Assembly (NCBI GenBank): GCA_963663275.1
Contig: OY760183.1
Span: 3,328,001-3,392,000, forward strand
Source of the DNA: Chloroflexota bacterium
Lineage (GTDB): Bacteria; Chloroflexota; UBA11872; VXOZ01
DNA: 64,000 nucleotides
Direction of reading: 5' to 3'
Both the position numbers and the translations under genes were made by a program. The stretch's first letter is position 1. The number at the start of each line of letters is the position of its first letter. The notes beneath the pieces are model-generated. The model did no database searches. It was not told where the DNA came from and saw nothing but the letters and a program-made list of their open reading frames with translations. Positions 18,922 through 28,300 of the stretch are shown here, piece after piece.

Positions 18922-20283
18922 CTACATTATGCAGCCGCCCTCGGCCAGCCAGTTCTCCAACTGCCCTTGGGTGCGCTCCAGGCCCTCGGGCACCGTCAGC
19001 GTACCCGCCACCATCTCGTCCCAGGTCTCACGCCAACCGGCGTTGAACTCGGACTGCTTGAGGATCGTCGGCGTGATGCGGCTGTTGGCAGCCTGCATCA
19101 GGTAGACGTCGATGTTCTCATAGTCGGTGGTCGTGGCCGGCGTCACGTTCTTGTTGGCCACGTAGCGGCCGCCGCCCATCGCGGCTACCGCGTCCACCAC
19201 GTCGGCGCTGAACGTATGCTTCAGGAACTCCCAACCGCCGTCGGGGTTCACACCGGAGCCGCCCAGGTACATGGCGTTATTCGCCAGCGCGATAACGCGC
19301 CCGGCGGGGCCGTTCGGCATCGGCGCCATGCCAATCTCGAAGAGATTGTTCGGCGTGATGTTGGCCTCGAACGTGCGCACGTTGAACGAGCCGGTGTTGA
19401 ACATGGCCTGCGTGCCCTCGATGTACGAGCCGCCCATCACCTTGTGCTTCAGCGCCACGTCCACGTGGAACTGCACCGCTTCGCGGAAGGCGTCGGTCGT
19501 AAAGGTGGGCATCGTGCAGCCCTCATCCCAGAAGTCCGCGCCGTACGCCCAGGCGTACATGCAGAGGTAGGACGTGTAACCGGCGTAGAGCCGCGCGCCG
19601 CCCTGCACGATTTCGTCGCCGTCCATCTTGGTCAGCAACTTGGCGTCTTCCAGCAAGGCGTCCCAGGTCCACTCGCCGTCGGCTTCCTTCTCGTCCGGGG
19701 CCTTCAGGCCGGCTTCGGTAAAGAGATTCCTGTTGAACCAGATCTCTTTGCCGTTGCTGAACCAGGCCATGCCGTAGATCTTGCCCTGGTACTTCTCCGT
19801 GGTGGCTTCATAGAAGTCATCGGGCGCAACGTCCGGGTCCGCGGCCAGGTAGGGATCAAGGTTCGTGATGATTTCGGACTCGATGAACGGGCCCAACCAG
19901 GCAAAGTAGCCGTACACCGCGTCGAAGGCGATGCCGCCGGCCTGGGCCGCGCCGGCCTTGGCCGGCAGTTCGCCAAAGCTCGTGCCCGTCACGGTGAGTT
20001 CCAGATCGGGATGCTTGGCCGCGAACGTCTCGAAGATGTTGCCCCACGAGTTCTGCCAGATCTCATTCTGGGCCAGGTCCACGTGCAGGTAGTTGACCAC
20101 GGCGGCCTCAGGGGCCTTGACCTCTTCCGCCGCGGGCTTCGGCTCTTCCTTCGCCTCTTCCTCAACCGCCGCCTCTTCCATCGCGACCGGCTGCGCTCCA
20201 CAAGCCGCCAGCAGCAGTCCCGCGCCGGTCAGGGCGCTACCGCCGAGAAACGCTCGGCGTGACAGTCTTCTTCGCATGCTCAA
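18922..20283 (-). CDS. Carbohydrate-type ABC solute-binding lipoprotein (Tat), orphan
   Basis: SRRAFLGG, LAACG, WTWD; TTG after AGGAGG or ATG at 20277. Confidence 0.9.
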   Translation of the reverse strand: MSMRRRLSRRAFLGGSALTGAGLLLAACGAQPVAMEEAAVEEEAKEEPKPAAEEVKAPEAAVVNYLHVDLAQNEIWQNSWGNIFETFAAKHPDLELTVTGTSFGELPAKAGAAQAGGIAFDAVYGYFAWLGPFIESEIITNLDPYLAADPDVAPDDFYEATTEKYQGKIYGMAWFSNGKEIWFNRNLFTEAGLKAPDEKEADGEWTWDALLEDAKLLTKMDGDEIVQGGARLYAGYTSYLCMYAWAYGADFWDEGCTMPTFTTDAFREAVQFHVDVALKHKVMGGSYIEGTQAMFNTGSFNVRTFEANITPNNLFEIGMAPMPNGPAGRVIALANNAMYLGGSGVNPDGGWEFLKHTFSADVVDAVAAMGGGRYVANKNVTPATTTDYENIDVYLMQAANSRITPTILKQSEFNAGWRETWDEMVAGTLTVPEGLERTQGQLENWLAEGGCIM

Positions 20284-20514
20284 CCTCCTAGTGCGGCATA
20301 CGCTTCCTCTGTTATTGCGCCCGCATGTGATTGCGCACGCGCCTGAAAACAGAGGAACTACCCCTATCGCATAGGGTTTCTACACAAACGACCACAGACG
20401 GGTTTCACCCCGTTCTTGCGCTGCTAGCATAGTCCATAAGGGCGCCATAGTCAAGTACCGCGCCGGCGCCGGCTTTCGCTCCGGCGTTTGCTGACGCGGG
20501 CGCAGGTCCGGCCT

Positions 20515-20868
20515 TCACCGCTTGCGCGGCTTCTCCAGCTTCCACTCCGCGCGCTGCAATTCGGCGCGGCGCAAGCGCGCCCGCCAGAGCCGCCCCCAGA
20601 ACACCGCCAACGGCATGAGCAACACTACAATCGCCGCCGGCGCCATCCAGTGGGTGCCGATGACGAAGATGAGCGACTCTTCCGTGCCAAAGATAATGAG
20701 AATCGCCCCGCCAATGAAGAGCTTGATGAGGATCAAAGACCAGATCAGCACCCAGCCGGGCACGGGACTCTCGTCGATCGACGGCTCGATAAGTTCCCGC
20801 GGACGCTCCGTGAGGAGCCGCAAGAGGGATTTGCCCAGGTCACGCTGTCCCGCCAATAACCGTTTCAT
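20515..20868 (-). CDS. Hypothetical membrane protein
   Basis: Two TM segments; TATAAT 8 nt before ATG suggests a leaderless transcript. Confidence 0.7.
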   Translation of the reverse strand: MKRLLAGQRDLGKSLLRLLTERPRELIEPSIDESPVPGWVLIWSLILIKLFIGGAILIIFGTEESLIFVIGTHWMAPAAIVVLLMPLAVFWGRLWRARLRRAELQRAEWKLEKPRKR

Positions 20869-21037
20869 GGTTTCCGATTATAGCGTATCGAGCCGCCGCC
20901 GCAAGCCCTTCCGCCGGGCCTGTGGCGACTAGCGCGCTTTTCCGCCTCGAGTCACCCGCCGGACACGCGCGCGGCGCGCCGGTTCACACGTCACCGCGGC
21001 CGCTACTGGGCTATACTGGAAAGGAGCGGAGCACGCT

Positions 21038-21110
21038 GCGGGAGTAGCTCAGTTGGCAGAGCGCTAGCCTTCCAAGCTGGATGTCGCGGGTTCGAGTCCC
21101 GTCTCCCGCT
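21038..21110 (+). tRNA. tRNA-Gly(TCC)
   Basis: Acceptor GCGGGAG/CTCCCGC, anticodon loop CTTCCAA, GGTTCGAGTCC. Confidence 0.95.
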
Positions 21111-21211
21111 CCCATTTGTTTGACGATGCAGGCGCGCGCTACGATGGCGTGAGGGCGCGGCGCACAGGCATTGGGGCACGAAACGATGGCGCATGGCCGC
21201 GGCGCACAGGC

Positions 21212-21239
21212 GTAGGGGCACGACATGTCGTGCCCCTAC
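21212..21239. repeat. Family C REP GTAGGGGCACGACATGTCGTGCCCCTAC
   Basis: Perfect 28-bp palindrome, identical at 40103-40130 and 63245-63272. Confidence 0.92.
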
Positions 21240-21286
21240 GCCTTTTGTCGTGATACAACGCCGTCAACCCGTGCCAATACGCCTCC

Positions 21287-21477
21287 TTGCCTGTCTCTAC
21301 GTAGCGCGGGGGCTTGTCCCCCGCCGGAGGGTGAAGCGCGAAAAGCGATCACCGGCGGTTTCGCATGGGGAAACCCGTTTCCGCATAGCAATCCCAATTG
21401 TGCGCAGGTTGCAGACCTACGCCACCGGGGATGCGTGGCGCGATGTTTTCGCCATGAAACGCATTGCGGCGGCATTG
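21287..21477 (-). mobile_element. Degenerate IS4-like MITE (subfamily 2)
   Basis: Inverted homolog of 23747-24112 without its inner insert. Confidence 0.7.
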
Positions 21478-21542
21478 GTGCGCGGACTGCCCCAACTATG
21501 TCGTCTCGCGGGGCCATTCCTCGCGCGCAGCCGGCGGCGCAT

Positions 21543-22625
21543 TTACTCCCAGCGGAAGAAGCGCCAGGAAAGCAGCGCGGACGCAATCATGAAGAGCAGC
21601 AGGATACCGGCGCCTTGCAGCAGGGAAGCATATGGCGTCGCGTCCACCATGACCTGGCGCAGGATGTCGGCCAGGTAGGTCAGCGGGAGCGCCACGGCCA
21701 CCGGCCGCAGAAACTCGGGCATGAAGTCCAGGGGAAAGAGCGCGCCCGAGAGGAACATCATCGGGAAATTTATCATCTGCACGATGGCGATCAGCGCCTC
21801 CGCGCTGGGAGCGAGCGCGCCGAGCAAGAAGCCGAGCGCGAGGAACGACAGCGTGCCAAAGACGACGATCCCAATGATTGCCGGCCAGGATCCCACTACC
21901 TGTATGCGGAAGAACACCAGTGCAACACCCAGCAGAATGCCGGTTTGCAGGAAGGCGGTCGCCAACCGCACGATGATCATGCTGAGCAGCACCATCCAGC
22001 GCGCAACCGGAGTCGCCTGCAGACGCCGCAACAGCCGCTGCTGGCGTTGCTCCACAAGCGTGATCGCGCCAAAGAGGCCGAGTTGCGCCACCGAAAGCGC
22101 CAGTATGCCCGGCGCGATGTAGTCGATGGGACGGAAGCGTTCCGCCTGCACCGCGCGCGTTTCGATTGCCACCAAACTCGGCTGCTGGGTAAACTCGCGC
22201 TGCACGCCCTCCACCACCTGCTGCGCGACGCTCAACGCCGTGTCCGCCGCTTGCTGCTGGCTTACGTCCAGATGAACGTGGACCGTGGCCGGTTCGCGCC
22301 GCTGCCACGCCGCGGAGAGACCCTCGGGAATGATGACGACCGCCCGCCGGTTGCCCTCATGCAGCGCCGCCAGTTCAGCCTCCTCCGCGCCGGTTGATAG
22401 CTCGATGAGGGGAATGCCTTCCAGCGCCTGCGCTACCGCCTGGCCGGCCGGCCCTTCGTCCAACACCACTAAACCCATCGGCAGCGACGCGCTGTCGGAT
22501 TCGCCAAAGACGGAGCCGATGATGACCATCAGCATCACCGGAAAGGCCAGCGTCCAGAAGAGCGCCACCTTGTCGCGCGCGGCCTGCACGCCGGTGTAGT
22601 AGGTGAGCGTCCAGAGCGCCTTCAC
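21543..22625 (-). CDS. ABC-2 type exporter permease
   Basis: LFWTLAFP, FLSGALFPLDFMP, LPLTY. Confidence 0.92.
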   Translation of the reverse strand: MKALWTLTYYTGVQAARDKVALFWTLAFPVMLMVIIGSVFGESDSASLPMGLVVLDEGPAGQAVAQALEGIPLIELSTGAEEAELAALHEGNRRAVVIIPEGLSAAWQRREPATVHVHLDVSQQQAADTALSVAQQVVEGVQREFTQQPSLVAIETRAVQAERFRPIDYIAPGILALSVAQLGLFGAITLVEQRQQRLLRRLQATPVARWMVLLSMIIVRLATAFLQTGILLGVALVFFRIQVVGSWPAIIGIVVFGTLSFLALGFLLGALAPSAEALIAIVQMINFPMMFLSGALFPLDFMPEFLRPVAVALPLTYLADILRQVMVDATPYASLLQGAGILLLFMIASALLSWRFFRWE

Positions 22626-23536
22626 TCGCGGATCGTCCTTCCCGTGAGGTGGAGAAACACGTCCTCCAGCGTGCCCCGCTGTATCCGCAGGTCATCCAGA
22701 CTCATGGCGGCATCGCCGGACTCTTGCAGCATGGCCGTCATGGTTTCGCGTATGTTCGTCGTGTGTATCGCGGCCGACCCATTCTCCACGTCAACGCGCG
22801 AGACCGCCGGCAACGACTCCAGCCGGCCTTGCGCCCCGCTGTCGGCAAGCGGAATCTCGATGGCGCGTTCCGGCACGTATTCGTCCACCAGGTCGCGGGG
22901 TGTGCCGAGCGCCAGAATCCTGCCGTGGTCGATGATGGCAACGCGCTGGCACAAGACCTCGGCTTCTTCCATGTAGTGCGTCGTTAGCAACACCGTCTTG
23001 CCCTGATCCCGCATCCGCTCCACGATGTCCCAGAGCGCCCGGCGCGCCTGGGGGTCCAGGCCGGTCGTGGGCTCGTCCAGGAAGACAAGATCCGGATCGT
23101 TGATGAGCGTCAGCGCCAGAGAGAGCCGTTGCTTCTGGCCGCCGGAGAGGTGCTGGTACTTGGCCTTGCGGCGCTCCCGCAAGCCTACCAATGCCAGCAG
23201 GTCGTCGGTGGGCGCGCTATTGCGGTAGAAGCTGGCGAAGAGCCGCAGGATTTCCTCCACGTTGAGCAGCGGGTAGAGTTGCGTCTGCTGCAACTGCACG
23301 CCGATCCGCGCCTTGACCGCCTCGCTCTCCCGCGCCGGATCAAGTCCCATCACGCGCGCGTTGCCGCCGTCCCGCTGGCGCAAGCCAATGAGAATCTCTA
23401 CCGTGGTTGTCTTGCCGGCGCCGTTCGGCCCCAGCAAGCCGAAGACCTCGCCTTCCTCTACGCTGAAACTCAAGCCGTCCACCGCCCGCAGATCGCCATA
23501 GGATTTTTGCAGGTCTTCAACGACAACTGCCGCCAC
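22622..23536 (-). CDS. ABC exporter ATP-binding protein
   Basis: GPNGAGKTT, LSGGQKQR, DEPTTGLDP, TTHYMEEA. Confidence 0.94.
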   Translation of the reverse strand: MAAVVVEDLQKSYGDLRAVDGLSFSVEEGEVFGLLGPNGAGKTTTVEILIGLRQRDGGNARVMGLDPARESEAVKARIGVQLQQTQLYPLLNVEEILRLFASFYRNSAPTDDLLALVGLRERRKAKYQHLSGGQKQRLSLALTLINDPDLVFLDEPTTGLDPQARRALWDIVERMRDQGKTVLLTTHYMEEAEVLCQRVAIIDHGRILALGTPRDLVDEYVPERAIEIPLADSGAQGRLESLPAVSRVDVENGSAAIHTTNIRETMTAMLQESGDAAMSLDDLRIQRGTLEDVFLHLTGRTIRE

Positions 23537-23626
23537 AAGCAGGCCCTCTCTTCTCCGCCGCCCGTATCAAACACATCAAGCTGTTGCAGATTCCTCTTTA
23601 TACACTCCCATATTTGGGGGGAAATT

Positions 23627-23678
23627 GTTGCAATTGGCAACTTCAAAGATAGTAGCATGAAAGGTTGACATTTGCAAT
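23627..23678 (-). promoter_or_regulatory. Extended -10 promoter with two operator-like palindromes
   Basis: TTGCAA-17-(TGc)TACTAT; GTTGCAATTGGCAAC and GTTGACATTTGCAAT. Confidence 0.6.
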
Positions 23679-23746
23679 TCGCCGCGGCGCCGGCGCAAAC
23701 GGGTGTGACCTCTCGACTGCCCATGCGTACCCCGGAGGGTTGTCCC

Positions 23747-24112
23747 CAATGCTGTCGCATTGAGCTCCATGGCGAACATTCCGCGTCACACACCCCCGGT
23801 AGCGCAGGTTGGCAACCTGCGCAAGCGTAAGATCACTCTGTGGGCGCCGTTTTCCCATGCGAAACCGCCGGTGATCGCTCTCTGTGCTTCACGCTCCGGC
23901 GGGGGACAAGCCCCAATGCTGTCGCATTAAACGCAATGAGAATGAAAACTGCGCTCGTTTCTCCGGTAGCGCAGGTTTGTAACCTGCGTCTTCCGTAGGG
24001 TCAATCCATTTCGTTTTCACTTTTCTTGTTCCGGCGGGGGACAAGCCCCCGCGCTACGTTAACGCGACAGCATTAGGGACAAGCCCCCGCGCTACGTTCG
24101 TGCGACAGGCAA
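23747..24112 (+). mobile_element. Nested IS4-like MITEs (162-bp inner copy at 23914-24075)
   Basis: Two CAATGCTGTCGCATT left ends; inner TSD GGGACAAGCCC (11 bp). Confidence 0.8.
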
Positions 24113-24156
24113 TCCCCAGGCGGCCTCCCGTCAGGACAACGACGGCCAAGCGCGCC

Positions 24157-25338
24157 TCATTCGGCGGCCGCGGGCTCGTCTTCGTCAACCGCGCCGCCGA
24201 ACAATTCTCCAACCAGCGGCCGCACCCGCGACCAATCCGCCAGCAGCACGTGCGCGCCGCCCGCGGTCACGTAGTTGTACACCAGCGGCGGCTCGATCAC
24301 CAGCGCGTTCACCGGCGCGTCGCGCAGCCAATAGAGGTCGCGCAGCAAGTAGAGTTGCTCGCCCAGCGTGAGATCGGTCTCGATGACCTGGTTGAATTGC
24401 TCGTAGAGGAACGGCAGCCGCAAGAGCGTCTCGTCCGCAAAGAGCTTTGTCCGCGCCGAGAGCAGCAGGTTTTGCTGGCGTCCCATGCGCTTGAAGTCGT
24501 TGTCCGGGTGCCGCGTGCGCGCGTAGACCAGCGCCGTGCCGCCGTCCATGTGCTGCAACCCTTCGGGAATAACGATGCTGGTGTAGCCGTAATCCAACGT
24601 CGGATACTGATTGTCGACAAGGGTCTTGGCGACCGTGACGTCAACGCCGCCAAAGGCATCGACGAGCGCGGTGAAACCGGCAAAGTCAACCGCCGCCACG
24701 GCGTGAATGGGCACGTCGAAGACCGCTTCCACTGTCCGGCGCGCCAGTTCAGGCCCGTCGCCCTGGTAGACCTCGCCAAAGAAGTACGCCGCGTTGATGC
24801 GGTACCAGCCGTAGCCCGGAATGGTCACCCAGAGGTCGCGCGGAATGGAGAGGAGGGAGAGCGAGCGGCTCTTGCGCTCGATGCTGAGCAGCATGATTAC
24901 GTCGCTGCGCGACTGCTCCGTGGCCTGCCGCCGGTCGAGGCCGACCAGCAGGAGGGTAAACCGCTCGCCGGCGCGCAGGTCGGGGCCCGCTGCTTGCGCT
25001 TCCCCCTCACCCCGGCCCTCTCCCCAGGGAGAGGGAGTGGTTGCGGAGGCGGTTGCCGATGCGGCGCCACCGCGGCTCTCTCCCCAGGGAGAGGGAGTGA
25101 TTGCGGCTACGGTTGTGGGCGCGGTGTCGGCCCTGACGATGGCGCTGCTTTCCGCCCAGGCGATGGCGACGTTGAACGGCGTGAACGCGCCGCAAAGCGC
25201 CAGCAGGACGCAGAGCGCGCCCATCCGGAGCGCCGGAAGGGCGCAGAACGCACTCGGTCGGAGCGCTGGGAGGACGCAAAGCGCGCCCAAGCGGAGGGCC
25301 GGCGCACGGCGATACGGAGAGCGGGCCCGGACGTTCAC
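24157..25338 (-). CDS. LCP (LytR-CpsA-Psr) family protein
   Basis: LLVGLD, RSDVIML, LSIPRDLWV, RINAAY, YARTR, DFKRMGRQQ. Confidence 0.92.
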   Translation of the reverse strand: MNVRARSPYRRAPALRLGALCVLPALRPSAFCALPALRMGALCVLLALCGAFTPFNVAIAWAESSAIVRADTAPTTVAAITPSPWGESRGGAASATASATTPSPWGEGRGEGEAQAAGPDLRAGERFTLLLVGLDRRQATEQSRSDVIMLLSIERKSRSLSLLSIPRDLWVTIPGYGWYRINAAYFFGEVYQGDGPELARRTVEAVFDVPIHAVAAVDFAGFTALVDAFGGVDVTVAKTLVDNQYPTLDYGYTSIVIPEGLQHMDGGTALVYARTRHPDNDFKRMGRQQNLLLSARTKLFADETLLRLPFLYEQFNQVIETDLTLGEQLYLLRDLYWLRDAPVNALVIEPPLVYNYVTAGGAHVLLADWSRVRPLVGELFGGAVDEDEPAAAE

Positions 25339-28300
25339 GTGCCCGGCTTCCGCATGGGGGCCGTGCCCAGCAGACCCTCGATCTCGTCCTCCACTTCCGG
25401 CGTCAGCGCGATGCGATCGTGGGTGTCGATGCGCACCTGCGTGCCGTTGAGCACGATCCGCAATGCCACCCGCATCTCGCCGGGATTCCGGCTCATGACC
25501 GCGGCCAGTTGCTGCAGCCGCCGCAAGTCGCGCGCGTCGTCCTCCGTGCGTTGGAGCACCAGTTCCACCGCCGGGCCTGCCGGTTCCGCCGCCTCCGCGG
25601 CCGGCCGGTCTTCCCGTTCGCCGGCGCGCTCGCTTGCTCCGGACGGCGCCTGCGCGCGGGGAGCCGCCGTTTCAGCGGGCGCGGGCGCGGCGCCTGCGGT
25701 TTCCGGTTCAGCGCCTTCCGCCAAGCCAGCGTCATTGGCGGAGCCGGCAACCTTGACAGAGTCAGCGTCTTTGACACGGTCACCGTCTTCCACAGATTCA
25801 CCCGCCGCGGCGGGCGCTTCCGTAGAGGCGTCATTGCCGTCCAGCACCCAGTCGGGCAGGCCGTCTTCCCGCGCGGGCGGTGTGCCCGCCGCGCTGGCGG
25901 ACGTCGGCTCGGCGTTGTCCCACGCCGGTGGCGCCGCGCCAGTCTCTTCCTTGACCGGCGCCGCGGCGGCCGCATCATCCAAAGGCCGCACGTTTTCCGC
26001 CAGCACGCGCACCGCGTCGTCGCGGCTATCCGTTTCCACCCGCCCCCGCACCACGATGAACGTCCCGCCGGTCAGCAGCGCGGCGTACTCCGCGTACTGC
26101 TTGGGGAAGACCGTCACCCCAATCTGGCCGTGCTCGTCCTCCAGCGCCAGGACCGCCATGTACTCCTGCTTGCGCGTGAAGATCTTGCGCACGGACTCGA
26201 TCCGTCCCGCAACCGTGACCCGCCGTCCCTCTTTCTCCCGCGAAACCTCCGCCGTAGTGGTATTTGCCGCCGCCCGCAATTGCGCGCTATGCGCCTTGAA
26301 CGGGCTTTCCGAGAGGTAGTCGCCCAGCAGTTCCTTCTCCCAGAGACCCTTCTCTTCCGGTGTGGCCGGGGCCGTATCCGGCAGGGTGAAACTGGTCAGT
26401 TCAGCCGCCTGCTCCTCGCCCAGGAAGGTCTCGAAGAGTGTCGGGCCCTGGTTCTTGGCGCTCTGCGCCCGCTGTGTCGCCGCCAGCACGTCGTCCAAAC
26501 TCGCCAACAGCGCCGCCCGCTCGCCCATCGAGTCCAACGCGCCCACCTTGATCAAGCTTTCCAACGCGCGGCGGTTCACCACGCGCTGGTCGATGCGCAG
26601 GCAGAAGTCGTAGAAATCCTGATACGGCCCGTCCGCCCGCTGCGCGGCGATTGCCTCAGCCGCGGCCGCGCCCACATTTTTGACCGCGGCCAGGCCGAAG
26701 TAGACCGTGCCCTCTTTGATCGCGAAATTTGATTCGCTCTCGTTCACGTTCGGCGGCGCCACCCTCACTTCCAGACGGCCGCACTCGCGCACCGCCTCGA
26801 TGATCTTCTCCGCATTGCCAAGTTCGGTGCTCAGCACCGCCGTCATGTACTCGGTGGGGTAGTTTGCCTTCAGATAGGCGGTCTGGTAGGCGATGGTGCC
26901 GTAGCACGTGGCGTGCGCCTGATTGAAACCGTAGCGCGCAAACGGCTCGAAGTCGTCGAAGATCGCCTCCGCGAGATTCTTCTTCACGCCTTTTTCCACC
27001 GCGCCTTGCACGAAGCGCTCCCGGTGCTCCTGCAACTCGTGGGCGATCTTCTTGCGCACGGCGTAGCAGAGCTTGTCGGCCTCGGCCAGGGTGTAGCCGG
27101 CCACCGCCTGGGCCACGGCCATCACGTCCTCCTGGTAGACCATGATGCCGTAGGTGCGTTCCAGCACCGCCGTCATCAGCGGATGCCGCGCCGCCGCTTC
27201 CTCGCGCCCGTGCCGCCGCGCCACGTACTGCGGGATGTACGCCATCGGCCCCGGCCGGTAGAGCGCCACCAGCGCCATCACGTCCTCGATGCGGTCCGGC
27301 TGCAACTCCTTCACGTAGCGCCGCATCCCATCCGATTCCAACTGGAAGACGCCGGTGGTCTCGCCCGAGGAGAGCAGGGCAAAGGTCTTGCCGTCGTCCA
27401 CGGGAATCGTCTTCAGGTCGATGGTTTCGCCGCGCGTAGCCGCGATGAAGCGCACGGCCCGGTCCAGCACAGTGAGATTGCGCAGGCCGAGGAAGTCCAT
27501 CTTGAGCAAGCCGATCTTCTCGATGGCGTTCATCTCGAACTGGGTCATCACGCCGTCGTCGCCGACGTTGCGCTGCAAGGGCACGTACTCGGTGAGCGGC
27601 TCCCGCGAAATCACCACCCCGGCCGCGTGGGTCGAGGCGTGGCGCGCCACGCCTTCCAGTCCTTCGGCCAGACCCAGCAGGCGCTTCACCTGGGGGTCGT
27701 CCTCCATCAGATTCTTCAAGTCCGGCGCGGCCTCCAGCGCGTCCTTCACCGACGACATCAGGGGAATCAACTTAGCCACCCGATCCACCTCGCCGTAGGT
27801 CATGCCCAGCGCCCGGCCCACGTCGCGCACCGCCGCCCGCGCCTTCATAGTGCCAAAGGTGATGATCTGCGCCACGTGATCGGCGCCGTACTTCTCCGTC
27901 ACGTACTCGATGACCTCGTCCCGGCGCACGTCCATCAGGTCTACGTCGATGTCCGGCATGGTGTAGCGCGAGGGATTGAGAAAACGCTCGAAGATGAGGC
28001 CGTAGTGCAGGGGATCGATGTCGGTGATGCCGGCGGTGTAGCACACCAAACTGCCGGCCGCCGAACCCCGCACGGTGGTGGGTATGCCCTGCTCTTTGGC
28101 CCAGTTCACGAAGTCCGCCGCAATCAGCAGGTACGATGAAAAGCCCATCTCGCCGATTACGCCCAGTTCGTACTCCAGCCGCTCCCGCGCCGCGGCGTCC
28201 GGCTCTGCATAGAGCGTTTCCAAGCCCGCGGTGCAGAGTTCGTGCAGATAGGTGCTCTCGGTGTGCCCTGCCGGCACCTCGAAGTGGGGCAGGATGCGCT

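Noticed and set aside
24100-26319. Long antisense ORFs (739 aa here, many others elsewhere)
   Set aside because: Shadow frames of GC-rich genes with no recognisable motifs.
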